A DNA stretch of 64,000 nt from Camelus dromedarius (GCF_036321535.1 NC_087436.1:81346001-81410000), one strand, 5' to 3'; shown: positions 1-13,330, numbered from the stretch's first letter. Translations and numbers: made by a program. The notes: generated from the sequence alone by a model not told the origin.

Positions 1-1113
1 AAAATTTATTGCAAACTGGTGAAGTACAGGATTATTCTCTTTTTCTGCTAGCTTGTAGGCAATAATGAATTAAAATAGAGTATCTTTATTGTTGTGATGG
101 ATAAAACCAGCATTTTCTTTAAAGGTTATTTTGTATTGTGTATGTTGTGATCACATTTATGGAAATCAATCTGTTGAACAGAATGCTACCATCCGAATCT
201 AGACACTCTTAAACAGTTCTATAAATAAGTAGCTTATTAATTTATATCTAAAATTTTACAGAGCATCTACCAAGTGATTCTAGAGATGAGAAGGCAAACA
301 AAACAGGTTTCTTGGAATCCTTTAGTTTACGGACTCCTGGAGGATAAAAAACATAAATAATAATTACTTAATCTGTAATAAGCACTATAACAAATTATGT
401 ATGAAGTCTAAGGTGCTTATGAATAAAAGACTGTCCATGGGCTCATCTGGAACGGCACTGATTCATCTAAACTACATGAAGTCAGATTTAGTCATTGGAT
501 GGAAAGACATTTTCTCCTGTATGATCCTAAAAGAGTGGTCAGCATCCCAATGGAAAAAATATGTCTGAATTGAACTAACATGACATAGCAGAAAAGGAAG
601 ACTTTTAGAATCATACAGACCTGTGTTTATATTCCAGATCTATCACATTCTAGATGTGTAACTCCAGCTCACTTAACATCTTTGCGTCTGTTTGTAGAAG
701 GGAGATGTCCTTGCAGAATATCTGTGAATGTCAAATAAGAAAATACATGTAAATTGTGCGGCTTGGTACCTGGAGGTAAACAGTGGGTATAATTACTCTG
801 CTGTTCTAAGACCAATGCTACTGGGTCACTATTTTCACATTATTACACTTTCTTAATTTGTTAGGCTTTTCTGTTTCTCCCTCCTTCCCCATTCTGACTA
901 CAAGGAGAGTTAAGATTTCACCAAATATTCATTGGTTATTATAGAATCTGAGCTGCTTGAATCAAAAGTTTTCTACCCATCTAAGTTTTGTTGGCTACTT
1001 AGAAAGTGTTGGTGGCAGACTGAAGTAAGCTTTGGCTGTCTCTGTTTCTTAGTTCTTTATCAAACTGAATGACTTCCATCTTGATTTGTTTATTTACCAT
1101 GGGTAAATGTTTA

Positions 1114-1526
1114 TTTTTTTTAATTGAGATATAGTCAGTTTACAATATTATGGCAATTTCTGGTGTACAGCATAGTGATTCATATATATATATGAATATA
1201 TATATATGATATATATTATCCTTTTCATATTCATTTTTCATTATAAGCTACTATAAGGTATTGAATATAGTTCCCTGTGCTGGACAGTAGGACCTTACTG
1301 TTTATCTATTTTATATATAGTAGTCAGGATCTGCAAATCCTGAAGTCTCAATTTCCTCTCCACTCTCACTTCCCTGCTGGTAACCACAAGTTTGTTTTCT
1401 ATGTCTGTGAATCTGTTTCTGTTTTGTAAATAAGTTTGTTTGTCTCATTTTTTTTAGGTTCTGCATATAAGTGATATCATATGGTATTTTTCTTTCTCTT
1501 TCTGGCTTACTTTACTTAGCATGACA
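1114..1526 (-). mobile_element. L1 3' end fragment (artiodactyl/camelid-type)
   Basis: T-tract then attgagatatagtcagtttacaat...gttccctgtgct...tgatatcatatggtatttttctttctctttctggcttac; homologous to copies at 15938 and 39263. Confidence 0.85.
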
Positions 1527-1962
1527 TTTTAATTGAAAATTATTGCAATCCTGGCGACACCAAGATTTATTCTGCTAGCAGGGTTGCATTAAGCACAAGG
1601 ATAAGTAAAAACACATTCTCTACATGGCTTAGCATGTAACCTATAGGATGGAAGGGACAGGAAACTCTGAAAAATAACTGATAGTAGAGAATTTAGGTAA
1701 CAACTGAGAAGTTGTTTAACCTCTGCCCTTTTCATCAACAAATCAAAGACAGTTTTTTTCCAGGTTTTTATAGAAATCAATGCCACAACCTGAGAACTAT
1801 TGATGTGTTTCATTTCACATTGGCATTATTCATTTATTTCCTATAATTGAGGAGGTGAAGTATTTTGTTTTAATGCACTCATTAATTCCACAAATCATTA
1901 TGGAACACGTAATCCTTACCCTCTTTGGTATGAAGTTCCAGGGAGCAGGAGATTTTGCTTAT

Positions 1963-2330
1963 GTGTCTTAGTCCATTTGGGCTGCTATAACAAAATGCCA
2001 CAGACTGTGGCTTCTAAACAACAGAAATTAATTTCTCACAGTTCCAGAGGCTGGAAGTCTGAGATCAGACCAGTGTGGCTGGGTTCTGGTGAGAGCCCTC
2101 TTCTGGGGTGCAGACTGTCAACTTATTGTTATATTCTCAAGGGGCAGAAAGGGAAGGAGTGAGAGAGGGCTCTAGGGTCCCCTTTATAAGGGTAATAATC
2201 CTACTCGTGAGGGCTCTGCACTCATAACCTCATTACCTTTCAAAAGTCGCCACCTCCTAATACCATCACCAGAGACATTAGATATTCCACACAGGAATTT
2301 GGAAGGGACACAGGCATTCAGACCATGCAC
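1963..2330 (-). mobile_element. MLT1 (MaLR) solo LTR
   Basis: tgtcttagtccatttgggctgctataacaaaatgccacagact...gaggctggaagtctgagatc...gggacacaggcattcagacc is typical of MLT1A-D. Confidence 0.8.
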
Positions 2331-2820
2331 TGTGGTAGGACAGAGTATGAGCTGTGGAGTCCTTCACGTCTGGCACAAATCCCAGTTTGGTCCTTGTGAC
2401 TGTAGCTCCTTAGGAAATTTACCTAAACCTCTCTGAAGTTTATAGGATAAACAAATAGTATGAACTGTTATCCAATATTATTTATAATAGTAAATGATAA
2501 GCAAAATGACTATTTCATCATAATAATTGTGAAAGTACAATCCTTTCTTGATTGGTGGGGGACTAGTCCATTACAGATAGGCATCTAAGTAAATTAGTAC
2601 AAAGCAATATGTTAAGAATTCAAAGAAGGAACATATCAAGTTTGTGTCTGAGGTGGGGGTAGTGAAGGACTGTTAGTAAAGGCTTAACACAGGAGATGAT
2701 ACGAGTTAAATTCTGCAGCATAAGTTTTCCTAAACTCGTTCAGGACAGTAGGACCTACCTTCTGGGATGCCTGAAGATACGGTACATCATAGTACATTTA
2801 GGAAACAACACACAGTTCAG

Positions 2821-2928
2821 GGGGGAATCAGATTTATTTATTTATTTTTGTAATGGAGTTACTGGGGATTGAACCCAGGGCCTTGTGCATGCTAAGCATG
2901 CGTCCTACCACTGAGCTATACCCTCCCC
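2821..2928 (-). mobile_element. tRNA-derived SINE (camelid vic-1-like), tailless copy
   Basis: Reverse complement GGGGAGGGTATAGCTCAGTGGTAG...GGTTCAATCCCCAG has A and B boxes; perfect 13-bp TSD ACACACAGTTCAG at 2808-2820 and 2929-2941. Confidence 0.9.
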
Positions 2929-3167
2929 ACACACAGTTCAGTATAGTTAGAGAGCATGTTGTCTGTGAGGAAGCACAGTAATGAGGGTGGATGTGGCACG
3001 GTGCCTGGCACACAATGGGTGCTCCCTAAACATCTGTTGATTGCATGATGGATAAAGAGGCGGAGATCAGATTGTGGAGACTTTGTAGTTCATAGAATGG
3101 AGTTGGCCAGTGGGCACCATTGGAAAAAATGAAATAAGGGAGTGGCATGATCTGATTTAAATATTAT

Positions 3168-3467
3168 TACTGAAAAATTGTGTTCTACACTGGAAATTGA
3201 CACAACATTGTAAATTGACTATAACTCAATAAAATAAAAATTTTTTAATTAATTAATTAAGAAAAAAATTTAAAAATTTAAAAACAGACATTAAAAAGAC
3301 TGGTAGGAACTATAACATAATGCTAAGAGTATTTACGGAAGTGCAGCTATAGGGTTTTCCTTCCTATTGTTTTAAATTATTTCTCATACTGTCGTATATA
3401 TTTAACAATATCAATAAATAAATTCTTAAAATAAAATAAAATAAAATAAAATAAAATAAAATAAAAT
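3168..3467 (+). mobile_element. Heavily 5'-truncated L1 with probable 3' transduction and (ATAAA)n tail
   Basis: 3168-3240 matches the L1 terminus at 39555-39625; TSD AAATATTAT at 3159-3167 and 3468-3476. Confidence 0.8.
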
Positions 3468-5394
3468 AAATATTATGAAGATCACTATGGGAAAACTTGC
3501 CTCAACTGGGAACTCTGCTCTGTAACAGTCTGTTAAAAAATATTGAGGATCTAGTCTAATGTAGTGGCAATGAGTCCGGAAGGAAAATAGGGACCAACGT
3601 GGTGATTAAATGACGGTTGTGAAGGAAGGAGCAATCTAGGTTGACTCTTAGACGGCACTTAATGTTTTTGTGGGGATAACTGGTGCTGGTAACCAAAATC
3701 AGAATTATAGGAAGTACAACAGGTTTTGAAGACAAATTATTTACACAGTTCTAGAAATTTTGAGTCTGAGTATGAGTCTGAGTATTCATGTTGAGGGGTC
3801 TAAGGGGCACTCAAAACTCCAATGCAAGAGATCATAAGAGAGGCCCAGATTGAGATACAAATCCGGGAATAATTGTTATACTGTGAAATTAATTGGAGTC
3901 CAACAAAGAAATTGTGTCAAGCAGAGGTAAAAATAGGACTGAGGACAGAATCCAGAGGACCAGCAAACTTATGTGAAGGGTGTAGTAGTTTCCATAGTCA
4001 AGAAGGAGACTGAGAAGGGTATTCTGGAAGGCAAGAATTATGTAACATGAGAGAAGTGTCAGGAAGAATGAGACCGATAGTGTTAAAGGGAGTGAGCCAT
4101 AAAGTAATATAAAAAGTAAAGTTTACTGTCAGTGACTTGACAACAAGGTAGTTATTGGTAATTATAGGAAAAAGCTCTTTTAATGGAATGAAAATGTCAG
4201 GGGTCACATTGTAACAGATTGGCAAGGAGACAGAAAGTGATGAAACGGAGCCAGAGTTGTCCTTGGTTGGAAATCAAGGTGCAAAGTGAATAATTAAAGT
4301 CACAGAGAGTCCAAATGTTTGGCTTTGTAGTTGTTTATTTTTGGAGATGGGTAGGATTTGAATATATTTATCTGGTCACACTCAATAACATCATAGGCTG
4401 CTTCTAGCTATTAAGAGTATAAATCACACGTAAAGGAGGAACCTCCCAAATCCTAAAGATAGTTAGATTTTCTTTTTTTTCCCCTCTCTTTCTCCCTCTC
4501 TCTCCTTGCAGCTGAAACAACCTCCCACAGATATAATAAAATCCACCTGTGTGATTTACTTGCTCAGTCCAGTGAAAAGTCGTGTCCTGGCTGACACTTT
4601 ATGACACCATCAGTGTACCTCCGGGGGAAGTAGGCATAACGTACCATTGTCACCCAGAAATTCCAAAGATGGTTTTGTCAGGGAGTGTGAAACCTTCCTG
4701 GGAATTTAGATGAACATAACTGGAACTGTTTGCATGACTCATACCATACGGAGAGTCTTGTTAATAATTTACTAATCAATGTGCCCTTTTCTCCATGCTG
4801 CTAGCTGGGGATAGCTCATGACCTTTATGCTTATTTTGTTAATTTTAAAATTTGAAGTTTCACTGCTCCCTCAAGGAAAATTCTAAATGAAGCAGCTTTA
4901 AAAAAAGGATTTCCCCCTAACTTTCCACATACAAAAAAAATATTATCATACAGGAAGTTAACTCACCATCTACCTTTGTAAATCAAAGATTTTCGGGACA
5001 CCCTATTTCCAATGCTACAAAATGGCAAGTGTACATCTAATCATTATCTAATCCTTTATGAGACCAGGTAAACAGCAGAAAGCTACTATTTTGCAGCATG
5101 AATTTCTAGCATACTTACATATTGTCTACATGCTTTAACTCTTTTACATATTATATTGCTAAATAGGCATGGCTCTTTATGTAAAGGAAATTATTTCGTT
5201 GGGCAGAAAGCTAAATAAATGTTCAGTTTTTTCCTTCTTTTTTTCCTGACTTTCCCCCAGATGTGCATTTTCCCAACAGAAATCACCCCTCCTCGTGTGA
5301 TGACAGGAATTGAGGTCAGAAAGCTAGTAAGAGGCAGGTTTCTTCCTCTGTAACTTAAATTTCCAGCTGTTATGCGCACTATGCAGTATTGTGT

Positions 5395-5620
5395 AATAGA
5401 CACACAATAACTCTGAAATTTAACAGGCTTGATCAAATCCTGGCTGCCCCATTTACCAGCCGTGTAACATTCAGCAAGTTGCTTAACCATTCTATGCTTC
5501 AGTCTCCTTAGTAAAATGGTGATGCCTATCTCATAGAATGCTGTGAATTTTAAATGATAGAAATACAGATAAACTGCTTGTACCCATGCCTGGCACACAG
5601 AAATACAGCTTAGCTATTAT
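5395..5620 (+). mobile_element. MIR SINE
   Basis: caaatcctggctgccccatttaccagccgtgtaac...gcaagttgcttaacc...cttcagtctcctt...aaaatgg MIR core. Confidence 0.75.
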
Positions 5621-5769
5621 CATTTTTTTAGAGCACAGAAAAGATATGCTATTTTCTTCACTTTGAGAATTTACTAATACTGTAAATTACTAGAAGATGG
5701 GGACACATGATACTTGTGATTAAATAAAACTGAAGAGGACAGGTATTCAGGAATGAGCCAAGGTTTTAA

Positions 5770-5955
5770 GGCTGACTAAATCTGGAATATGGACTTCCAT
5801 TCTGCCACTTGGTGCTGTGTAACGAACCTTAGGTGATTTATTTAACCTCTCTGAGCCCAATTTCCTCAGGTATAAAATAGCTACCTTACATATTTATTAT
5901 GAAAGTGAGAAAATATATGTCAAAGACTTAGTACATAGTAGGTACCTAATACTTG
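5770..5955 (+). mobile_element. MIR SINE
   Basis: ttctgccacttggtgctgtgt...tttaacctctctgagcccaatttcctc...ttagtacatagtaggtacctaata. Confidence 0.7.
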
Positions 5956-6544
5956 AAAGGCTGTTAAGACTTATGGCTTTTAGTTTCTTGCTATACTTCT
6001 TAAGAAAATTCTTATCATATAGTCAAGACTTCATGTACAAGGAAAAAAGAAAAAAAGAAAAAAACCAGAATGCCCATCTATAGAAAAATTTACTGCTTCC
6101 TTTATCACCTCCCTGAGTTGTTGAGAAAAAAGAAATCTTGAGCTAAGAAAAGAATGTTTGACTGTTTTTTGTTACTGCATAAAATCAAATCTTGGAAGTT
6201 TGGTTCTCATTTGTAGTGCACATAGAGGTTGAACTGGAGCATCTTGGTAGGTTTTCTGCTGGATTTAGGGAAAAACCTTCTGTAATATATCAATCCAAAA
6301 CAATAAGTGAAAAATCACAGATATATAAGATTTATTCTCAAATGTTAAAATTATTTTTTAATGATAATCTATAAATGCCTGTGAAAGGCTATCTCCTAAT
6401 TTTGTCAGGATAGAATCCAAACATCCCAAGCAAATAAGCGTCAAAGAACTCCACAGAAAAAGAGTCAGTATTCCTTATTCAGAATCAATTTTCAAGCTTT
6501 GTTATTAAAACATGAGAAGAGCTTCAAAATCATTATCACCACTT

Positions 6545-6975
6545 TATACAGAATTCAGCATTGCGGCAAGTAACGGGAAACCCAGCATAGAGTGGCTTAA
6601 ATAGACAGGAGCTTGTTTTTCTCACATTAAAAAAAAAATCTGGAAGAAGGTGCTGCTGGTATTGGGTCAGTGGTTTGATGATCTCAGCCCCATTGTCTCT
6701 GCGAATCTTTCCGTCTTTTCCTTGTGGTTGTTGCCTAGTGGTCAAAAGATGTCTCTTAGTCCAACAGGTAACATGTCCAAGTTCAAGATGAGAAAAAGGA
6801 GTGATTGGCAATTCCAGCTATGTCTTTCTCTTTCATCAAGAAAAACAAGTCTTCCTAGAGACTCCAGAAGACTCTTGGGAAGTGAGAGAAGTCTTTAATT
6901 CCCTAGCCTCTAAAATGAAAATGACAATAGAAAATAGGGGCGTGAATGTCTGCCGAGTTAGGGGACAACATTTAA
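6545..6975 (-). mobile_element. MLT1J/K-like MaLR LTR
   Basis: gcaagtaacgggaaaccc...agtggcttaaatagacag...tttctcacat...ggtcaaaagatg... Confidence 0.6.
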
Positions 6976-7544
6976 CACACCATTATCAACAAACTGCTTA
7001 TTCCAAAGTCTACAGACTAAGCTAATTTCTAATTTTGTTTTATATGCACTTGAATATTAGTATTAGATCACTCAACTTTTTTCCCTAAAAGGAACATATG
7101 TATTCCATTAGTGCTAGGTTTGGTACCGGGTGTAGAATAGTTTGGTTGCCTGCTGTGCTATTGTTTCTAGCTAGGCTAAGAATATTCTCTCTGGTAGCCA
7201 GTGTTCATTGCTTGGAATGTGATAGTTTTGCACTACTGATCCATACATAAATTATTTTACAGATAGAAAGGAAAAGCATATTTCTTATTGTTAAATTCTG
7301 AACCTAATGATTTTGAAATAATTCCTCAAACACTGGAGTCTTACATAGTTTCAACATGCAACACTAATTTTTTCCCCTTTTATGAAACTCATTAGACCAT
7401 TAAAACCTTTTAGTAATATTCATCCCATCTGGGAACATTAGAATCATATTTGCTTTGGCTCTTTCTCCCCTCTTTTCTAATCAGTTGATTATTTTTCCAA
7501 GCTATCAGCTGATGTTAATATATTTCAGAGACATTGCTTTTTAA

Positions 7545-7827
7545 TCAAGGGGGTCCCAAGGTGACTGGTAGGAATGTTCAGCTCCCAGATGCATGCACCG
7601 AGAAATGCATCAATTGTAGGTATTTAAAAATTATTAATAGAACTGATCAAAATTGGTTTCTTTAACATTTGTTATTGATTTATGATAATTTTACAATGTA
7701 GTGTCGATCAAAATTGTTTTGATTTTTATTACCACCACATGCTGGTAATTCTAGACAATGTGTAGTCAAATATACCTACCTGCCAGGGCAAACAACCGTG
7801 GCCCGACCTCACTTTTGATATGCACTG
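7545..7827. mobile_element. hAT-Tip100 (MER97-like) DNA transposon remnant
   Basis: tttttattaccaccacatgctggtaattctagacaatgt core and a degenerate terminus ending gcactg, from recalled consensus. Confidence 0.45.
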
Positions 7828-8432
7828 CTTCGTAATTCGAATCTTTCCCTTTCAAATAAATTAATAGTTTAAGATTTGAAGGAGCAAACAGTATCTGAAA
7901 CATTTTATATGGATGAAAATTCTGCATTTCTTTTCATGGTTTTTTCACCTTGATTATAATCATGGCATCATCACTTGATTGAAAACAGAAGGTGAAAAGA
8001 AAAATAAACAATATTTAAGCTAAATGAAAATTGGACGTAAAGTTACATTTGTAGCAAAAGTGGAATTTAACTGTTATCTACAGAGTATTTTTGCTTTTAA
8101 GTTTTTGAATACAGTTTCTTTCCCAAAAGGGAAAAAAAATCAGAGAAAATCCTAAAGTGAAATTATATTTATTGCAACATTTCTTCTTTCAAAGTGGACG
8201 TCTCAAACTCCTTATTTCCATTTCAGTTTTGGGCTAAATATGGAATATGAGGGGAAGGGCATCATTTGAAGAAATTGTAGATAATGAATTTAGTTATTTA
8301 ATAACATGAAGTACCAACTGTAAAATACTTGCTAGCATTCCAACCTTTGCTTTTTTTTCAAGTTTTAAAAGAAAGCAACAAAGTGGAAAGAAATGAATTT
8401 CTCAAATTCATCGTGATCTTTTATTTCTCCAG

Positions 8433-8640
8433 GCATTTTTGGACAGAAACTGGAAGATACTGTCCGTTATGAGAAAAGATATGGGAACCGCCTGGCTCCC
8501 ATGTTGGTGGAGCAGTGTGTGGACTTTATCCGACAAAGGGGGCTGAAGGAAGAGGGCCTCTTCCGACTGCCAGGCCAGGCTAACCTTGTCAAGGAGTTGC
8601 AGGATGCCTTCGACTGTGGAGAGAAGCCGTCATTTGACAG
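8433..8640 (+). CDS. ARHGAP24: ARHGAP24 coding exon (human exon 5 equivalent), start of RhoGAP domain including the arginine finger
   Basis: Acceptor tttctccAG (8431-8432), donor GTAGGA (8641), 208 bp. Translates (G)[68 protein letters not shown](S). GLFR carries the catalytic Arg. Not in the ORF track; read directly from sequence. Confidence 0.97.
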
Positions 8641-11149
8641 GTAGGATTCAAGGTTGTACTAACCATCCTTCAGTGAGACACTCAAACTCAGCTGAAAGGT
8701 TGTAGTGAGCTGAGATGGCATAACCTTAATTGATGCCATAACAGTTTAGAAGATGCATCATATGGCCTCACAAAGATGGATTGGTTTTATTAAGCTACAG
8801 AATCAAGAACTTGATACTTTAGATATCTTTTTCTGCCATACCCCGCCAAATTATTATTTAATCTTTTCCTTTGGTCCTAAATTAAACCTGTGTTAAACTT
8901 TTGCATTGGAAAAGTGAATTTTTAAAACAAGAGTCTTCTTTTGTTTGATGTTTTTTGAATCCTTTCAGCTAAGGGATATTAAAAGTATTGATAACAGAGA
9001 TTGTTATATTGGCAATGTAATTAAAAGCATTATATTTTAAAATATATATCTCCACCTGAATTTAGAATAGATTTGGGAGGAAACAAAGAGAGGAATATAG
9101 CATGGTAAAATTCAGGAAATCATGGAAGTTCCAGAGAAAGAATGCTCAAAGCATCCATAACTCCACTAATTCAGTGGAACGCTGATAATATTTGGTGAGT
9201 TACCTCCTTCTCTTCAGTTTTTTTAATTCAGTAGAAAAAAAGCCTTTTATCCTGATAGTATTAATTCAACATTTGTAGCAGAGTTTTTTCATATCAATAG
9301 TTGAAAAATATGCTTTTATTTCAACATATTCTAATTTGACATCTGATCATTGGCAACCTCCATAAGCATAAGTTTTAATAACTATATTTTACTCTACAGG
9401 TATATTGTTCAGAACTGCTTCAGTAATGCTGGACATTTATGTTGTGGCGTTTTCACTATTATAAATAATGTTGTAGTGGGTATACATTCATATAAATATT
9501 TTCTAGTTTTGGATTACTTTCTTAGGAGAGATTCTCAGTATTAGACTTTGTGGATAAGAATATTTTTGATACTTGAAAATTAAAAATTGCCTACTAAGTA
9601 GTATTTCTTTTTGAAAGCATAGAGTTATGACATGGATAGATACAGATCTACAGAACAGATAGACTAGAAGACTCTTGAGTACATGATATGAGATAAAAGA
9701 AGCATCATTGAGATTATGGGCTTGTGTTTATAATCCAAAAAATTGATGTTAACTCATTCGATGCCCTTTTCTGGTCACATTAACAAAATCCTGAACAATG
9801 ATACTACTCAATGCTAGCAAGGTGTGTTGAGGTAGGCACCCTGATGGTTAGAGAACATCATCATAGTTCTCTCTAAAGAAATTTCCCTTTAAGCAGGAAA
9901 GTCTAGCCCTAAAAAAATGAGATATATGGAAAAAACTGAAGTGCAAAGTTACTTATAAGAATTTTTGTAATAGTTAAAATGAACACCAATCTATTATCTC
10001 TAGCAGTAGATTGTGGTTAATATGATAAAACCTTATATAGTTATTAAAATTTTGGAAAAACTAATTATATAATGATAAATTGAAAAATAAGACAAGATAA
10101 ATTAATTGATAAAAATACCACCTTTTTACAAAAAGTATTACAGACAGTTTATAAAGATTCATAAATTACCTCTGAGAGAGAAAAATTAAATGTGGAGGTA
10201 AAGAAATGAATTCAAAACTAGGGTCAAAGAACAAATTTAAAAATGTAGATACAGTTTTGGTTGGAGAGCCACATTTCTTATTCTATATTTTGAAAAGTAA
10301 AAAGAAAAAAGATTAGTAGTTCTATAATTCAGACCTGTCTGCAAGACATAAACAATGGTTTACCTAGGAGAAATGCAGTTTTTTGTTCCAAAATTCGAAA
10401 ATCGTTTGTCTGTGAGCGCTGTATAATAAACTACCACATTATGGGGTAAGCAACATCCTCTATGAGGAACTTCATGTGACATTGATAAATTACTGATAAA
10501 TTTCAATGATCCTTTTTCTTTATATTTATATATGGCTTAAATATGTCAGGTGATGTTGATAGCAAAGTTTATATATTAAAAATTCTTTTGATTAGAGGTA
10601 TTTAAAATTTGGTTCTTTTAGCAGATCCCTGCTACTATGTGAGAATGGGAGGATGCTTAATATATTTTAGGGTACCTATAAGAAGAGATGTGCCCTATAA
10701 GCAATTGTTTCTTGATAACTATAAGCTGACAATGAAGTATTATGCAACTTCATATAAAATATGATCCTAAACATGAAAAATGTATTTGTTTTGTATAAAA
10801 TGCATCAATACATAGAGACTGAAGAAAATATAGCCAAAGATAAATATTAATTTTGTGAAATAATGGGTGATATTCTCCTCTTTTTAATACTATAAATTCA
10901 GTAAGCATCCATTACTTTTATAATCAGAAATTTAATCAGAAAGATATTTTTATTAATTTCATGTTGTGTAAACATTTCCTCATCTTTTAGTTTTTGAAGT
11001 GTAGTTAACAAAACTACCTGTTTACTAGAAAATCTATAGACAAGAGTAGCAAAGGGTATTTCAGCGTCAGACACAACATGGCGACATGATAACGTTGCTA
11101 ACCAACGTGGAGAAAAAGAGTCACTCACGGTTTCCGGTTTCTACAATGG

Positions 11150-11612
11150 TGTATTGAACCACCCGTGAACTTTGCAGCATAAGCAATAACAGCCAATCAT
11201 TTGCTCGGAAATCAGCAACTTAGGCAGGACTTGGCCAGAGTGTGCTCATTTCTCCTACGCATGAATCCAAGATGACTTCATTCACACATCTGGAGCCCTG
11301 TCTGAGGTGACTAAAATGGCTGGAGGCTGCGTGGTCCTTTCTCTCTCTCTTTGTAGTCTCACATCCAGTAGAGCTTCCCTTCATGCGACCTTTATCTCTA
11401 GAGATTAGTCAGACCCGTTAACATGATGGTTGAGGATTCCGAGTGAAGCTAGAAGCTTGTAAACATTGCATTGGTCAAAGCAAGTCACAAAACAGGGCCA
11501 GCCTGGATTCAAGGGGAAGGAAAATAAACTCCAAAACTTAATGGAAAGAAGTGGCAGGCATACACAGAGGAGGAAAGATCTGTAGGAGACTGTTTAAGGA
11601 GAAAATCACTAC
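11150..11612 (-). mobile_element. MLT1H-like MaLR LTR
   Basis: cattggtcaaagcaagtcacaa...ccagcctggattcaaggggaaggaaaataaactcc... Confidence 0.65.
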
Positions 11613-11619
11613 CTCTTTA

Positions 11620-13330
11620 AAGTCTAAAAATCAAGTGGGGTAAATCCTCTAACTTTGTTTTCAAGATTTTTTAAAAAATATTCTAGGTTATTTATATCTC
11701 TATAAAAATAGTATAAGCTTGTCAATTTCTACAAACAAGCCTATTAGGATTTTGAAAGAAATTTCATTGAACCTAGAAATCAATTAGGAGAAAATTAATA
11801 TCTTAAAAATACGAAATCTTCTAATTCATGAACACAGCCCATCCCTACATTTCATTAGACCTTTTTGTGTTTCAACAATGTTTCATAATTTTCAATGTAA
11901 AGTCTTACTCCATTTTGTTAAATTTATCCTTAAGTATTTAATGTTTATAAATGTTCCTACAAATAATAATTGTTTTATATTTAATTTTCTAATTACTCAC
12001 TGCTAAATTATACAAATATGATGTTTTTATAGAGAGCTCTTATGTCCTGCAAACTTGGCAAATTCATTTATGAGTTCTAGAGAGTTTCTTTTTTTTAAGA
12101 TCCCTTAGGATTTCCTGTATACAAGATCATTGACTGTATATAATAAGAGTTTTATTTCTTCCTTTTCAATATGTAAGCCTTGTATTCTCTTTCCTTGACT
12201 TTTTGTACTTGCTAAGACCTCTTCTGCAATAGTAGTGAGTGGCATACTTACATGTGGAGAGGAGTTTTTAGTCTTTTACTATGAGGCATGATGGTAGTTG
12301 TAGGTTTTGTGTAGATGCCCTTTATCAGGTTTGTAAATGATCTTTTATTTCTAGTTTGCTGACACTTTTAATAATGAATGAGAATTGAATTTTATCAAAT
12401 CCACTATGTTTGCATGTATTGCGGAAATTATCTGATTCTTCCTCTGTGTTATGTTAATGTAGTAAATTGCACTGACTGATTTTCAAGTGTTAAAGCAATT
12501 TTGCATTCCTAGGATAAGCCATATTTGGTTGTAATGTATTACCCTTTTAATATATTGCTGTATCTGACTTGGAAGTGATTTGTTGATAGTTTTAGACCTA
12601 TATCCACCAGGGCTATTGACCTATCAATTTCTTTTCTTGTAATGTCTTTGACTAGTTTTGTTATCAAAGAAATTCTGGCCTCAGAATTAGTCGGAAGGTG
12701 TTTCTCTACCTCTGTTTTCTGAAAGAGTATGTGTAGTTTGTATTATTTCCTCCATAAGTCTTGGGCAAAATTTACCAGCAACACGATCAAGTCCAGACGT
12801 TATCTTTGTGGGAAAGACTTCAGGTATACCTTTTCTAATTCTTCTTGTGCCAGATTTGGTAATTTCTATCGTTAATAAAATTTGTTCAGTCCATATAACT
12901 TTCCAAATTCATTGTTGTGAAGTTGTTCACCATGTCCCTTTTTCCTTTCTTTTTTTCCTGAAATGTCTGTAGACCTTTAATGATTTCCCCTCTTTTACTT
13001 ATGATATGAGCAATTTGTGACATCTTTTTTCCTTAATCTAGCTAGTGTGTTATAAATTTCATTAAACTTTTAAAAGAACCAGTTTTAATGTCATTGATTT
13101 TCTCCTTTTTTTTTTTTTTTTTTCTCTTCTGTTCTCTTATTCCTGGTGGTTGTTCATTCTCTGATAGTTGTTCTTAGTTTAGCCCTACTTGTGTTGTACC
13201 CTCTGCATGCTTGTTTTGGTATTTAGATAGACTCAAGAAGACCTACATGTAGATTTCAAAAAGTCTTTTTTTTTTTTGCCAAACTCTCTCCTTTTCAGCA
13301 GTCTGCATCAGAAATGCTAGCCACTAGCCT
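11620..13330 (-). mobile_element. Old L1 (L1M) ORF2-region fragment
   Basis: Antisense ORF2 motifs: agcttgtcaatttctacaaa, gtagatgccctttatcagg, ttttgcattcctaggataagcc. Confidence 0.8.

Larger units (their letters stand above)
2560..4360 (-). mobile_element. Degraded L2 fragments interrupted by younger insertions
   Basis: Purine-rich L2 antisense motifs, e.g. catgatctgattta...gatcactatgg, gaggacagaatccagaggaccagcaaac, gtgacttgacaacaagg. Confidence 0.6.
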
